62,696 nucleotides of DNA, from positions 1 through 62,696 of the IMG/VR virus record IMGVR_UViG_3300021379_000628; one strand, written 5' to 3'. Source of the DNA: a virus (taxonomy: Duplodnaviria > Caudoviricetes). The position numbers and the translations under genes were made by a program. Position 1 is the first letter of the stretch, and every line of letters starts with the position of its first letter. Below, piece after piece: positions 30,285 to 38,285 of the stretch. A model generated the notes under the pieces. That model saw only the letters and a program-made list of their open reading frames with translations, made no database searches and was not told the DNA's origin.

Positions 30285-30538
30285 AACACAGAGGCGTAAA
30301 ATACAACTACAAAGAGTGGATCACTTGGAATGGTAAGATAGTTAGCGGTTATGACTGTGACCATTTTAACTTCTCACCATATTATGTAGCAAGTTTTGCC
30401 ACTAAGACTGAAGCCGAGATGATCGCTCGTATAGATGATTATCTTGACAATGTAGACGAATACACTCGTCGTCGTGAACTAAATAACAAAGCAGCTCAAG
30501 AATTCTACGATTCAATGGGCGAATATAAAGGAGATTAA
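30281..30538 (+). CDS. Early hypothetical protein
   Basis: 85-aa ORF. Confidence 0.6.
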   Translation: MKHRGVKYNYKEWITWNGKIVSGYDCDHFNFSPYYVASFATKTEAEMIARIDDYLDNVDEYTRRRELNNKAAQEFYDSMGEYKGD

Positions 30539-30540
30539 CT

Positions 30541-30744
30541 ATGGGATACAAAAGACTTTACTGTAATGAAGAAACAATTGACACGCTCGTTGAAGTAGCA
30601 AAGCAAGACGGGTGGGATGTAATGGTGAAAGATGCTTTCATGATAGTCGAGAAATTCGCTGACTATGAAAATATGGAAGACAGATTTAACCAAACTAGAT
30701 CACTAATAAGTGAAGTTGGTTACAAGATTACAAACAAAATATAA
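30541..30744 (+). CDS. Early hypothetical protein
   Basis: 67-aa ORF. Confidence 0.55.
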   Translation: MGYKRLYCNEETIDTLVEVAKQDGWDVMVKDAFMIVEKFADYENMEDRFNQTRSLISEVGYKITNKI

Positions 30745-30760
30745 TATCCTTTGGATAATA
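30730..30760 (+). promoter_or_regulatory. Early promoter motif, copy 4
   Basis: ACAAACAAAA-N12-TGGATAATA. Confidence 0.75.
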
Positions 30761-30785
30761 TATATGAACATTTAAATAATTAACT

Positions 30786-30995
30786 ATGCAATCAATAAAA
30801 TTCAAGTCAGATAAGACTATTAAAATCAATGGCGAGATCTATAAACCATACTTAGTTGGCGATCTTCCACCAAGTTTTGGCTTCAAATATCAAGACAATG
30901 GTGATGGTACTTTCACTGAAGGCCACTCAGAATGGTTCAATTACAAAGGTTTAACTTATCTTAAAAAGAAAGAAGGTTGGTATGATGCACTCTAA
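30786..30995 (+). CDS. Early hypothetical protein
   Basis: 69-aa ORF. Confidence 0.6.
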   Translation: MQSIKFKSDKTIKINGEIYKPYLVGDLPPSFGFKYQDNGDGTFTEGHSEWFNYKGLTYLKKKEGWYDAL

Positions 30996-31236
30996 TCCAA
31001 CTACAATGGCGGAACTATGCGCTTACGTCAAACAAGAAAGAATCAAGCGAGCTGCGGAGCATAGACGCAGATTCGCCACAGAAGGCAGATGTCGTGGACT
31101 TACTGACAAAGAGTATATGAATTTAACTCATAAACAAAAGTCAAGCTTTGCTAAAGCTCGTAAGTTCACTCATCATGCCATGTGGAAAGAGACGCATGAG
31201 AAATGGGATTTAAAACTAATGACTAAGAAGAAATGA
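30982..31236 (+). CDS. Early basic hypothetical protein
   Basis: 84-aa ORF. Confidence 0.55.
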   Translation: MMHSNPTTMAELCAYVKQERIKRAAEHRRRFATEGRCRGLTDKEYMNLTHKQKSSFAKARKFTHHAMWKETHEKWDLKLMTKKK

Positions 31237-31592
31237 GTAAATTTGGTTTAGTAATAATGAACGAGCTTGAAAGAAATGTATTACAAATAGCACTTGATCA
31301 CTTTGAAGAGCATTTAACAAGTATTAGTGATGAAGTTGATGTAACAGATAGATTAAAAGCTTGTAGAGATTTAAAAAAAAACAATAAAATGAGTAAAACA
31401 AAAGAACTAGAAGAAATAGCCGCGTGGATTGCTGATTCTATTGATGATACTATTATGTCAAATGCGGAATGGTCTATGGATGGGAGTAGCTTTGAAGATC
31501 TTGAAGGTGACGATTACTATGAAGCGCAAGAAGCTATTGCAGCAAAAACAGTGGAAATACTGTATAACAGGTGGTTCACAAACAAAAAATAA
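31233..31592 (+). CDS. Early hypothetical protein (possibly two genes fused at an A9 run)
   Basis: Internal AT-rich ATG at 31389 right after A9 at 31373-31381. Confidence 0.5.
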   Translation: MSKFGLVIMNELERNVLQIALDHFEEHLTSISDEVDVTDRLKACRDLKKNNKMSKTKELEEIAAWIADSIDDTIMSNAEWSMDGSSFEDLEGDDYYEAQEAIAAKTVEILYNRWFTNKK

Positions 31593-31608
31593 TAACCTCT
31601 GGATAATA
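31578..31608 (+). promoter_or_regulatory. Early promoter motif, copy 5
   Basis: ACAAACAAAA-N12-TGGATAATA. Confidence 0.75.
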
Positions 31609-31630
31609 TAATAAACAAAAATAAACAAAT

Positions 31631-31819
31631 ATGTATTGTAGATGCGGAAAATCTGTGCACCCTGTGCGAATAAATTTAGGTTACAAAAGTTGTGTAGACT
31701 GTTCAACTATGCAGACTTATAGTTATGTACCTATCATTGAGCATAAGACAGGCAATACTATTCAAATCGTTAGCCAAGAAGTATCAGCAAGTGTTCACAG
31801 AGCTTGGCGGCGTAAGTAG
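31631..31819 (+). CDS. Small zinc-finger protein
   Basis: CRCG...R...G...CVDC (DksA/TraR-like Cys spacing). Confidence 0.55.
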   Translation: MYCRCGKSVHPVRINLGYKSCVDCSTMQTYSYVPIIEHKTGNTIQIVSQEVSASVHRAWRRK

Positions 31820-31852
31820 CTGGAAGGTGCTGCTGTTAGCGGCAGGCTACTA

Positions 31853-31945
31853 GGGCGTGAAATGGTTGGCGAGACAGTATCTGTGAGGCGTGTAAGACCT
31901 CTAACGACAGTATCTCAAACGCAGGTTCGATTCCTGCCACGTCCA
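31853..31945 (+). ncRNA. Mini tmRNA-like/tRNA-like RNA A (93 nt)
   Basis: Acceptor GGGCGTG/CACGTCC with G3-U70 and A73, stemless D-loop AAATGGTTGGC, GAGA/TCTC stem, T-arm GCAGG-TTCGATT-CCTGC. Confidence 0.75.
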
Positions 31946-31960
31946 CTAAAATTATAAAAT

Positions 31961-32215
31961 ATGAGTGAAATGAAAACACTTTACGAAAGGTTAAAGCCTG
32001 AAATTAAAGACAAACTATTGCAACAAGACAGAAAGTACAGTGAAAGTGTTCGTAACATTATCGCTAAACTTGACAGTAACAAGTTTGTTTCTGAATTAAC
32101 GCTAAGTGATGTTAGAAATATTCATATATTTTCTGACACTGACTACATGGACCAATCCGCTTACGAGCTAATGTGGTGTGAAAAATTATTTGAAGATGAC
32201 AAAGGAAACGATTAA
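31961..32215 (+). CDS. Early hypothetical protein
   Basis: 84 aa; starts 15 nt after RNA A. Confidence 0.6.
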   Translation: MSEMKTLYERLKPEIKDKLLQQDRKYSESVRNIIAKLDSNKFVSELTLSDVRNIHIFSDTDYMDQSAYELMWCEKLFEDDKGND

Positions 32216-32444
32216 ATTACGAGCGCATGATAAGGCAATGGCACAAATCCATGCTAATCAATTGAAAGTCAGAAAGTTAAAGTATGATGTGGAAAGAGAA
32301 AACACAGGTGTTATAACTATGCATGAGTTAGAGATCTGTTTAGAGTCAGCTAAACGAGAACTTGAAACTTGGAATTATATAATGAAACTAATAGAATTAG
32401 ACTATGGAAAACACGATTACGCTGATGAAATACTTGGGCATTGA
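32178..32444 (+). CDS. Early hypothetical protein
   Basis: ORF, probable start at ATG 32196. Confidence 0.55.
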   Translation: MKNYLKMTKETIKLRAHDKAMAQIHANQLKVRKLKYDVERENTGVITMHELEICLESAKRELETWNYIMKLIELDYGKHDYADEILGH

Positions 32445-32757
32445 AGAGATTACAACGCCTAAACAAAAGTTAAATGGTACTAGAAATTTTGCTTTACCTT
32501 ATTATATAAGAGGTAAGCGGGTGACAATAGCCTCTTATCAAACGGGTTATGTTAGAATTGACAGAAACTGTCATAGTGCTTATCAAGTAAATCCTACATA
32601 CAAAGTACCTTACAAAGTAATTGGTAGAGATGGTAAACTTAGAACTTGGACAAGTACAAAACGCATAATGATATACGGAGAAGAAAGTCGTATTGATTTT
32701 ATATTTAACTACGTATTAAAAAACTTTTATAAAAAACAATGGAAAACAATAAACTAA
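32404..32757 (+). CDS. Early hypothetical protein
   Basis: 117-aa ORF. Confidence 0.55.
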   Translation: MENTITLMKYLGIEEITTPKQKLNGTRNFALPYYIRGKRVTIASYQTGYVRIDRNCHSAYQVNPTYKVPYKVIGRDGKLRTWTSTKRIMIYGEESRIDFIFNYVLKNFYKKQWKTIN

Positions 32758-33209
32758 CTCAAGAATTACTTGAGCGATTATTAGCTGAAGATGGTGTGAC
32801 TGTAGCTGAAGATACAAGCTTTGCAGACATGTTAAGTAAAGCAAGTAATCATTTTGACTTTAAAATTACAGACGAGTGGAATGCTAACACAACATATTTT
32901 TTCTATACAGAGACAACTGCTGACGGATATGAGGTGTGGGTTGCCACCGATGATGACCAAAAACCTAGTATAAATGATGATATTTATTACTATGAAAGTG
33001 ATTGGCTTGAAAAAATGCAAGATGCTATGACAGATGGTAATAACATTTACTTTCAAGAACTGAATGATGAAAACCCCAACTTTGAAGAGGTTATCTTAAA
33101 TGTTTATGAAGAATATTATAACGATAAAAAACAAGAACTAGAAGAAAAATTAATTGATGATGGTTACGAATACGAAAACGAAGATGAAGCCGTTACCGAA
33201 GTGGTTTAA
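32739..33209 (+). CDS. Highly acidic early protein (DNA-mimic candidate)
   Basis: Very D/E-rich, few basic residues, aromatic-rich. Confidence 0.5.
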   Translation: MENNKLTQELLERLLAEDGVTVAEDTSFADMLSKASNHFDFKITDEWNANTTYFFYTETTADGYEVWVATDDDQKPSINDDIYYYESDWLEKMQDAMTDGNNIYFQELNDENPNFEEVILNVYEEYYNDKKQELEEKLIDDGYEYENEDEAVTEVV

Positions 33210-33432
33210 TGGTGAAGTGTACCCAAAAGGTGATACAGTAAAAAACATATTTACAGGTATGCCAGCAGAGTTAAATGCTAATGAGCTTAGTATGTATGAC
33301 TTTATTATGGGTTGCAACATGATACTAGAACGTACTAATTTTGCATCTCAAAAGCTAATAAATGAAATGCGTAAAGGTATTGACTGGTTTAGATCAGCTA
33401 ATCCTTCAGCGTATATGACACTATTAGATTAG
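33154..33432 (+). CDS. Early hypothetical protein
   Basis: Probable start MKPLPKWF at 33184. Confidence 0.55.
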   Translation: MMMVTNTKTKMKPLPKWFNGEVYPKGDTVKNIFTGMPAELNANELSMYDFIMGCNMILERTNFASQKLINEMRKGIDWFRSANPSAYMTLLD

Positions 33433-33440
33433 TGTCTACT

Positions 33441-33543
33441 GGGCGTGAAATGGTTAGACAAATTGGGGAGGCGATGTAACTTCGTTCAGAAGTGAGCCCA
33501 CAGTGAACAATTTGTAACGCGGGTTCGAATCCCGCCGCGTCCA
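33441..33543 (+). ncRNA. Mini tmRNA-like/tRNA-like RNA B (103 nt)
   Basis: Acceptor GGGCGTG/CGCGTCC with G3-U70 and A73, D-loop AAATGGTTAG, 8-bp ACAAATTG/CAATTTGT stem, T-arm GCGGG-TTCGAAT-CCCGC. Confidence 0.75.
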
Positions 33544-33564
33544 CTAACTTTAAAATTAATTATT

Positions 33565-33759
33565 ATGCCTAACATGAGTTATTGCCGTTTCGAAAACACG
33601 GTGAATGATATGCAAGATTGTTTAAACGCTATTGAAGAACGTGATACAAGCGAGCTAAGCAATTATGAGGTTCGAGCTCTTAAAGAGTTTTTAGAACTAG
33701 GACGTACTATTATAGAGTTTGAAAATGAAATCGAAGAAATACTAGAAGAATATGAATAG
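33565..33759 (+). CDS. Phage hypothetical protein (MSYCRFENT type)
   Basis: NMSYCRFENT..D...C motif often seen in phage early genes. Confidence 0.65.
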   Translation: MPNMSYCRFENTVNDMQDCLNAIEERDTSELSNYEVRALKEFLELGRTIIEFENEIEEILEEYE

Positions 33760-33946
33760 AGATAAACACATATGGGAAGGTTGGACAGTCGGTGATTTCA
33801 TTGACGATATAGAACCTATATTTAATATGTGCGCTCCATTCCACGACAAGCAAAGTCTTAAACGTTGGGTTGCACAAGAACAACCTTACTATAAGAAACA
33901 TATACCAGAAGTATACAATTACTTCTTACAAAAATCAGGATTGTAA
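33752..33946 (+). CDS. Early hypothetical protein
   Basis: IWEGWTV..FI...QPYYKK motif. Confidence 0.6.
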   Translation: MNRDKHIWEGWTVGDFIDDIEPIFNMCAPFHDKQSLKRWVAQEQPYYKKHIPEVYNYFLQKSGL

Positions 33947-34101
33947 TGGGATTTAAAGAAACAAAATTTAAAACAATTAAACTAACAGAAGGCGACGCTA
34001 CATTTGTGCATTATGTACTACGAATGTACGCCCAGCAAACACCTGGGCTTGACAGCGATGACAAAGAAGAAATACGTGAAGTCGCAGCTAAATTTAAATA
34101 A
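33946..34101 (+). CDS. 51-aa hypothetical protein
   Basis: TAATG coupling on both sides. Confidence 0.6.
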   Translation: MGFKETKFKTIKLTEGDATFVHYVLRMYAQQTPGLDSDDKEEIREVAAKFK

Positions 34102-34547
34102 TGGGAACAAGATCACTAACACGAATTATACCGCGTCAAGAAGGTTTAGCTTATGACGATGGGCACAGGCGAGCAGAGCTTGCGCTTGTGAATATTTATC
34201 AGCAATATGATGGTTATCCTGAATATATGGCAGTAGAATATGCTAAATGGTTAAAAGATCTTAGTATTGGTAATGGCTTAGGTAAAGATCCAGAGCTTAA
34301 TAAATACGCAAATGGTGTAGGTTGTTTTGCCGCTCAGTTTATTAAACAATTTAAAGATCGACCAGGCGGTTTGTATTTACATCCAATAGATAATGAGATT
34401 GGTTGGATTGATTATATATATACTCTATACCCTAAAGAAGGTCACGATACTTACATGTCTATATACGATGCGTATAAAGAAAAAGTTATATTCGTAGGTA
34501 AACCAGATAAAGTATTAGAAAAATACGAACAAGAAGAAACGGTATGA
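34101..34547 (+). CDS. Phage hypothetical protein (MGTRS...YDGYP type)
   Basis: MGTRS, IYQQYDGYP, NGVGCFAAQ motifs. Confidence 0.65.
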   Translation: MGTRSLTRIIPRQEGLAYDDGHRRAELALVNIYQQYDGYPEYMAVEYAKWLKDLSIGNGLGKDPELNKYANGVGCFAAQFIKQFKDRPGGLYLHPIDNEIGWIDYIYTLYPKEGHDTYMSIYDAYKEKVIFVGKPDKVLEKYEQEETV

Positions 34548-34765
34548 AAATAAATAATCATGTAGACCCCTTAGTAAAAAAAGCTTACAAAAATTATATT
34601 GAAGCTAAGAAAAATGGTGATGCAGAAAAAGAGTATAGGTATTATTCTAGAAAATTAAACAATACTTATTCTACTATAAACGATAGACGAGAAATAGAAT
34701 CAATTTTAAAAGAGGAATGTATCAAGAATTACAAAGCAAGAAGATTTAGTCCAAGCAATTTTTAA
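34544..34765 (+). CDS. Hypothetical protein
   Basis: 73-aa ORF. Confidence 0.5.
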   Translation: MKINNHVDPLVKKAYKNYIEAKKNGDAEKEYRYYSRKLNNTYSTINDRREIESILKEECIKNYKARRFSPSNF

Positions 34766-34787
34766 AAACATTTAACTTTAAATAAAA

Positions 34788-35012
34788 ATGAAAACACCAC
34801 TGCAAGAGTTCTATAAGTATATGAAACAATATCAATACTTTATAGGTAATGATTTGTTTGATAAATACTATGAGATGCTTGAGAAAGAAAAAGAGGTAAT
34901 TATTACAGCTCATATTAATGGGCAATCAGAATTTGATACAGGAGCAAGGCGTGAAATAAATGATAAATATGCAGAGCAATACTATAACGAAACATTTAAC
35001 GCTAAACAATAG
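34788..35012 (+). CDS. Hypothetical protein
   Basis: EKEKE.I..A...AEQYYNETF pattern. Confidence 0.6.
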   Translation: MKTPLQEFYKYMKQYQYFIGNDLFDKYYEMLEKEKEVIITAHINGQSEFDTGARREINDKYAEQYYNETFNAKQ

Positions 35013-35018
35013 AAAGAA

Positions 35019-35267
35019 ATGGTAACAGTAGAAGCATTTAACGACAAAAAGTTAATAAACATCAGAGTGGTCGGCGTTGAAAATGATTTTTACATAACAA
35101 AATCCGATTTTGACAAATTTGAAGAAGCAATTGGAGACTATGACAATGATTTGCTTCTTGATGGACATTGGTACAGATTTGCATTAAAACCAATGTACGA
35201 AGATGATGGAAGTGGTGCAATGAGGCTAGATTGGTACGATATTACTTCCGTTGTATGGTTACAATGA
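35019..35267 (+). CDS. Hypothetical protein
   Basis: 82-aa ORF. Confidence 0.55.
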   Translation: MVTVEAFNDKKLINIRVVGVENDFYITKSDFDKFEEAIGDYDNDLLLDGHWYRFALKPMYEDDGSGAMRLDWYDITSVVWLQ

Positions 35268-35289
35268 AACCTTTTAAAACAAAATAGAA

Positions 35290-35436
35290 ATGAAAATAAC
35301 AGTAGAACATTACGATGAAAAAATAAGTATTGAACTAGAACATAATGACCTTAGTTTAGATGACTTTATGGGGTATATAAACCGCATTGCGTCGGCAATA
35401 TATGATCCGAAATCAGTAGAAGATTATTGGAAATGA
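35290..35436 (+). CDS. 48-aa hypothetical protein
   Basis: MKITVEHYDEKISIE...; ATGA overlap with the next gene. Confidence 0.55.
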   Translation: MKITVEHYDEKISIELEHNDLSLDDFMGYINRIASAIYDPKSVEDYWK

Positions 35437-35684
35437 AAGAACAAGATTTAATAGAATTAGGATTTAAAATTAACCATGAAACGGCAGAGTCTAGTGGTTA
35501 CCCAAATGACTGGCATTATTACACTTATGATTTTAAAGGTGGATTTTCTTTAATCAGTTGTGATAATGAAGAGGCAGAATTTAGCGGTTGGTATGTAAAA
35601 ATTTTTGACTATAAATGGATAAAATTTAAAACTATTAAAGAAGTAAAACAGTTAATTAATTTAGTAAATAACGCGTTAACGTGA
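35427..35684 (+). CDS. Hypothetical protein (start probably ATG 35433)
   Basis: EQDLIELGF motif. Confidence 0.6.
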   Translation: MEMKEQDLIELGFKINHETAESSGYPNDWHYYTYDFKGGFSLISCDNEEAEFSGWYVKIFDYKWIKFKTIKEVKQLINLVNNALT

Positions 35685-35793
35685 AATTAAAAATAGGCAA
35701 CTACCACAATTCCTGGGGTATAGGTATAAGTTATATATACTTTAATAATCCGTACCGATTAATTGTACTTCACTTAATATTTTTTTATATTGA

Positions 35794-36075
35794 GTGGGTT
35801 ATAACAGATTACCCAAAAGAATTGAAACCAAATGGAAGAATATGACAGAACAAGAAATAGATTTATTAGCTGAAAAAATAGTTGAAAAGCTTTTTAGTAG
35901 TGGACATTTTCAAGTTGAAGAATATCCTGCTGCAACAGATGAAGAAATATACGTAGCAGAACTAGCAAGACTTATGACCCTATTGTCAGCGTATGAAGAG
36001 ACAGAGCAGTACGAGAAAGCTGCTATAATTAAAAATAAAATAGACAGAATACAACATCAATTAGATAGACTATGA
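35794..36075 (+). CDS. UvrB/UvrC (UVR)-motif protein (start probably ATG 35842)
   Basis: C-terminal EQYEKAAIIKNKIDRI. Confidence 0.55.
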   Translation: MGYNRLPKRIETKWKNMTEQEIDLLAEKIVEKLFSSGHFQVEEYPAATDEEIYVAELARLMTLLSAYEETEQYEKAAIIKNKIDRIQHQLDRL

Positions 36076-36902
36076 TTAAACCAATGTTAGCTCACAAGGT
36101 TAATGATAATAAAATTGACTTCAGTGAGAAAGTTTTTATACAACCAAAGCTTGATGGTGTTCGTTGTATATTTACTAAGGACGGGGCTTATTCTCGTACT
36201 GGTAAAAAGTTTTACAACTTACGTCATATCGAGTTAAGACTTGAAAATTTCTTCAAGTTACACCCTTTTACCGTGCTAGACGGCGAGTTGTATAATCATG
36301 CTCTAAGAGACGATTTCGAACAAATCATATCATTAGTAAGAAAACAAAAACCGACTGACGAGGACCGCCGAAACGCACAGCATTTAATACAATATCACGT
36401 GTACGACTGCATAGCTGAAGGTCCTGATTACAATGAAAGACTTAACTGGCTAAAGTCACAACGTAAATTATTTAACAACGTAGTTATTCCAGTTGAAACT
36501 TTACATGTGTACAGTTATAGAGACGCGACAGAAACGCATAAGTTATTTTTAAAGGAAGGTTATGAAGGTTCTATCTTACGTTTGAATCGTCCTTACGAAC
36601 AGAAACGTAGTTATAATCTTATGAAGTTCAAAGACTTCAGTGATGATGAAGCTACAATTATAGGTTATGAAGCTGGTAAAGGTAAACGCGCGGGTACGCT
36701 TGGTAAATTCTTTATGATAGATGATAAAGGTGTGGAGTTCGGTTGTCCTCCAGGTAAAGGTTTCAATTACAAAGACTTAGCTGATATACTAAATAATGTA
36801 CATGACTACGTAGGCAAGCGAGCAACCTTTACTTATTTCGAACGAACTAAAGCAGGTAGCTATCGTCACCCGCAATTTAAATGTATACGTGATTATGAGT
36901 AA
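36072..36902 (+). CDS. ATP-dependent DNA ligase (minimal type)
   Basis: QPKLDGVRC (motif I), LDGELY, YHVYD, EGSILR, KFK. Confidence 0.92.
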   Translation: MIKPMLAHKVNDNKIDFSEKVFIQPKLDGVRCIFTKDGAYSRTGKKFYNLRHIELRLENFFKLHPFTVLDGELYNHALRDDFEQIISLVRKQKPTDEDRRNAQHLIQYHVYDCIAEGPDYNERLNWLKSQRKLFNNVVIPVETLHVYSYRDATETHKLFLKEGYEGSILRLNRPYEQKRSYNLMKFKDFSDDEATIIGYEAGKGKRAGTLGKFFMIDDKGVEFGCPPGKGFNYKDLADILNNVHDYVGKRATFTYFERTKAGSYRHPQFKCIRDYE

Positions 36903-36980
36903 ACTTATTTGGAACCTTTATAATACTAATATGATTAGTTATGAAGTTGCTATGATATTATTAGATAAACATTATGAATA

Positions 36981-37481
36981 ATGAATATATTTTATTTAGA
37001 TAAAGATCCATATAAAGCTGCTAGTTATTTTTATGACAAGCATAAAGTTAAAATGATATTGGAATCCGCTCAAATGCTTTGCACAGCTCATCATGTGTAT
37101 GGTAATCCTGACGATGTGCCATATAGGCAGGCGCACCTTAACCACCCATCAACGATATGGGCTAGAGAAAGCAGACCAAATTATTTTTGGTTATACGAGC
37201 ACATGATAGCGTTAGGGCAAGAGTATACTAAAAGATATGGTAAAGTCCATATGACTATAGATAAATGCAAACACGCATTAAGCTTTTGTCCTGACGGTAT
37301 TACTTCTGAAATATTTACAGAACCACCGCAGTGTATGCCTGATGAATACAAAGTAGAAGGTGATTCAGTATCAGCGTATTGGAATTATTATGAACAAGAA
37401 AAACATTTAGTTAGAAATAAAAATGAGCAGAAAATTATACGACCACATGACGCGAGTAAACTATATGAACTTAGCGCATAA
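36981..37481 (+). CDS. Pyrimidine-dimer DNA glycosylase (DenV-like) family protein
   Basis: MNIFYLD...KHKVKMILESAQML...HLNHPSTIW...EY..RYGK.H. Confidence 0.7.
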   Translation: MNIFYLDKDPYKAASYFYDKHKVKMILESAQMLCTAHHVYGNPDDVPYRQAHLNHPSTIWARESRPNYFWLYEHMIALGQEYTKRYGKVHMTIDKCKHALSFCPDGITSEIFTEPPQCMPDEYKVEGDSVSAYWNYYEQEKHLVRNKNEQKIIRPHDASKLYELSA

Positions 37482-37627
37482 GATTAAACAAAGTAGAAAA
37501 GCAAAACCAAAACCTAAAAATAATGGGGATAACTAAAGAATTATTTACAAGATTAAGGGAAGAAGAAATTCAAAATGAATTTTTAAAAAACCATATTATA
37601 TTTTGTACTTTAGAACCACAGGGGACC

Positions 37628-37671
37628 GTGACAACAGCCCCTAATATAAATAAGTAATAGGCTAATGTCAC
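37628..37671. promoter_or_regulatory. Inverted-repeat operator overlapping the start codon of the HTH gene
   Basis: GTGACAACAGCC-N20-GGCTAATGTCAC. Confidence 0.65.
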
Positions 37672-38285
37672 ACGACAGAAATTTAAAGTTTCTTAACGAC
37701 AACCGCATCGTGTATAGACGATCACCAATTAAAGATAAGCCGGATGAGGTTTATCCTTGGGGTGAAGTATATACTAACGGTACGTACGAGTGCTATGAGT
37801 TGTTTCGTACTAAAGCTAAGATAACAACTTATAAATCTCTTAAGTGGCATCTGCTAGTTATATGGTATTTAAATCCACAGCTTGATCAAGATAATTTTGA
37901 AAACGTAGCTAGACATATTGTAAACAAGAATAATGGTTTTGTAACGTTTAATGTTTCAGAGCAGTTATTCAACAATATTATCTACGATGTTAGCATGTAT
38001 GATCTTGAAGCTGCACCCAAAAATAAACTACGTAAAGTTATATTCAAAGATGGTTGTAAATTAACTGTTAATGAAAAACTTAGTATTGTAGGTCAGATCA
38101 TGGGTAAGGGTAAAGCTGTTGATGAAGAAGCTATATACGAATGTATGATAGAAATAAATGATAATAATGATAAGATAACTATTAGTCGTTTAGCTGAATC
38201 ATTAAACTGTTCAGAGCGAACAATACACAGAAATATGAGTAACGAACTTAAAAAAGAAAAAGAACTTTTAAACTCACAATTATGA
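37665..38285 (+). CDS. DNA-binding protein with C-terminal HTH (possible replication initiator or regulator)
   Basis: KITISRLAESLNCSERTIHRNM helix-turn-helix. Confidence 0.65.
   Translation: MSHDRNLKFLNDNRIVYRRSPIKDKPDEVYPWGEVYTNGTYECYELFRTKAKITTYKSLKWHLLVIWYLNPQLDQDNFENVARHIVNKNNGFVTFNVSEQLFNNIIYDVSMYDLEAAPKNKLRKVIFKDGCKLTVNEKLSIVGQIMGKGKAVDEEAIYECMIEINDNNDKITISRLAESLNCSERTIHRNMSNELKKEKELLNSQL

Noticed and set aside
29372-31608. Repeated motifs as a CRISPR array
   Set aside because: Copies are irregularly spaced by 140-850 bp, separated by genes and internally variable, and there are no cas genes.
31853-33543. Elements as canonical tRNA genes or integrase attP remnants
   Set aside because: They have no D-stem or proper anticodon arm. 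Both 5' and 3' acceptor strands are present with compensatory pairing, and I found no integrase.
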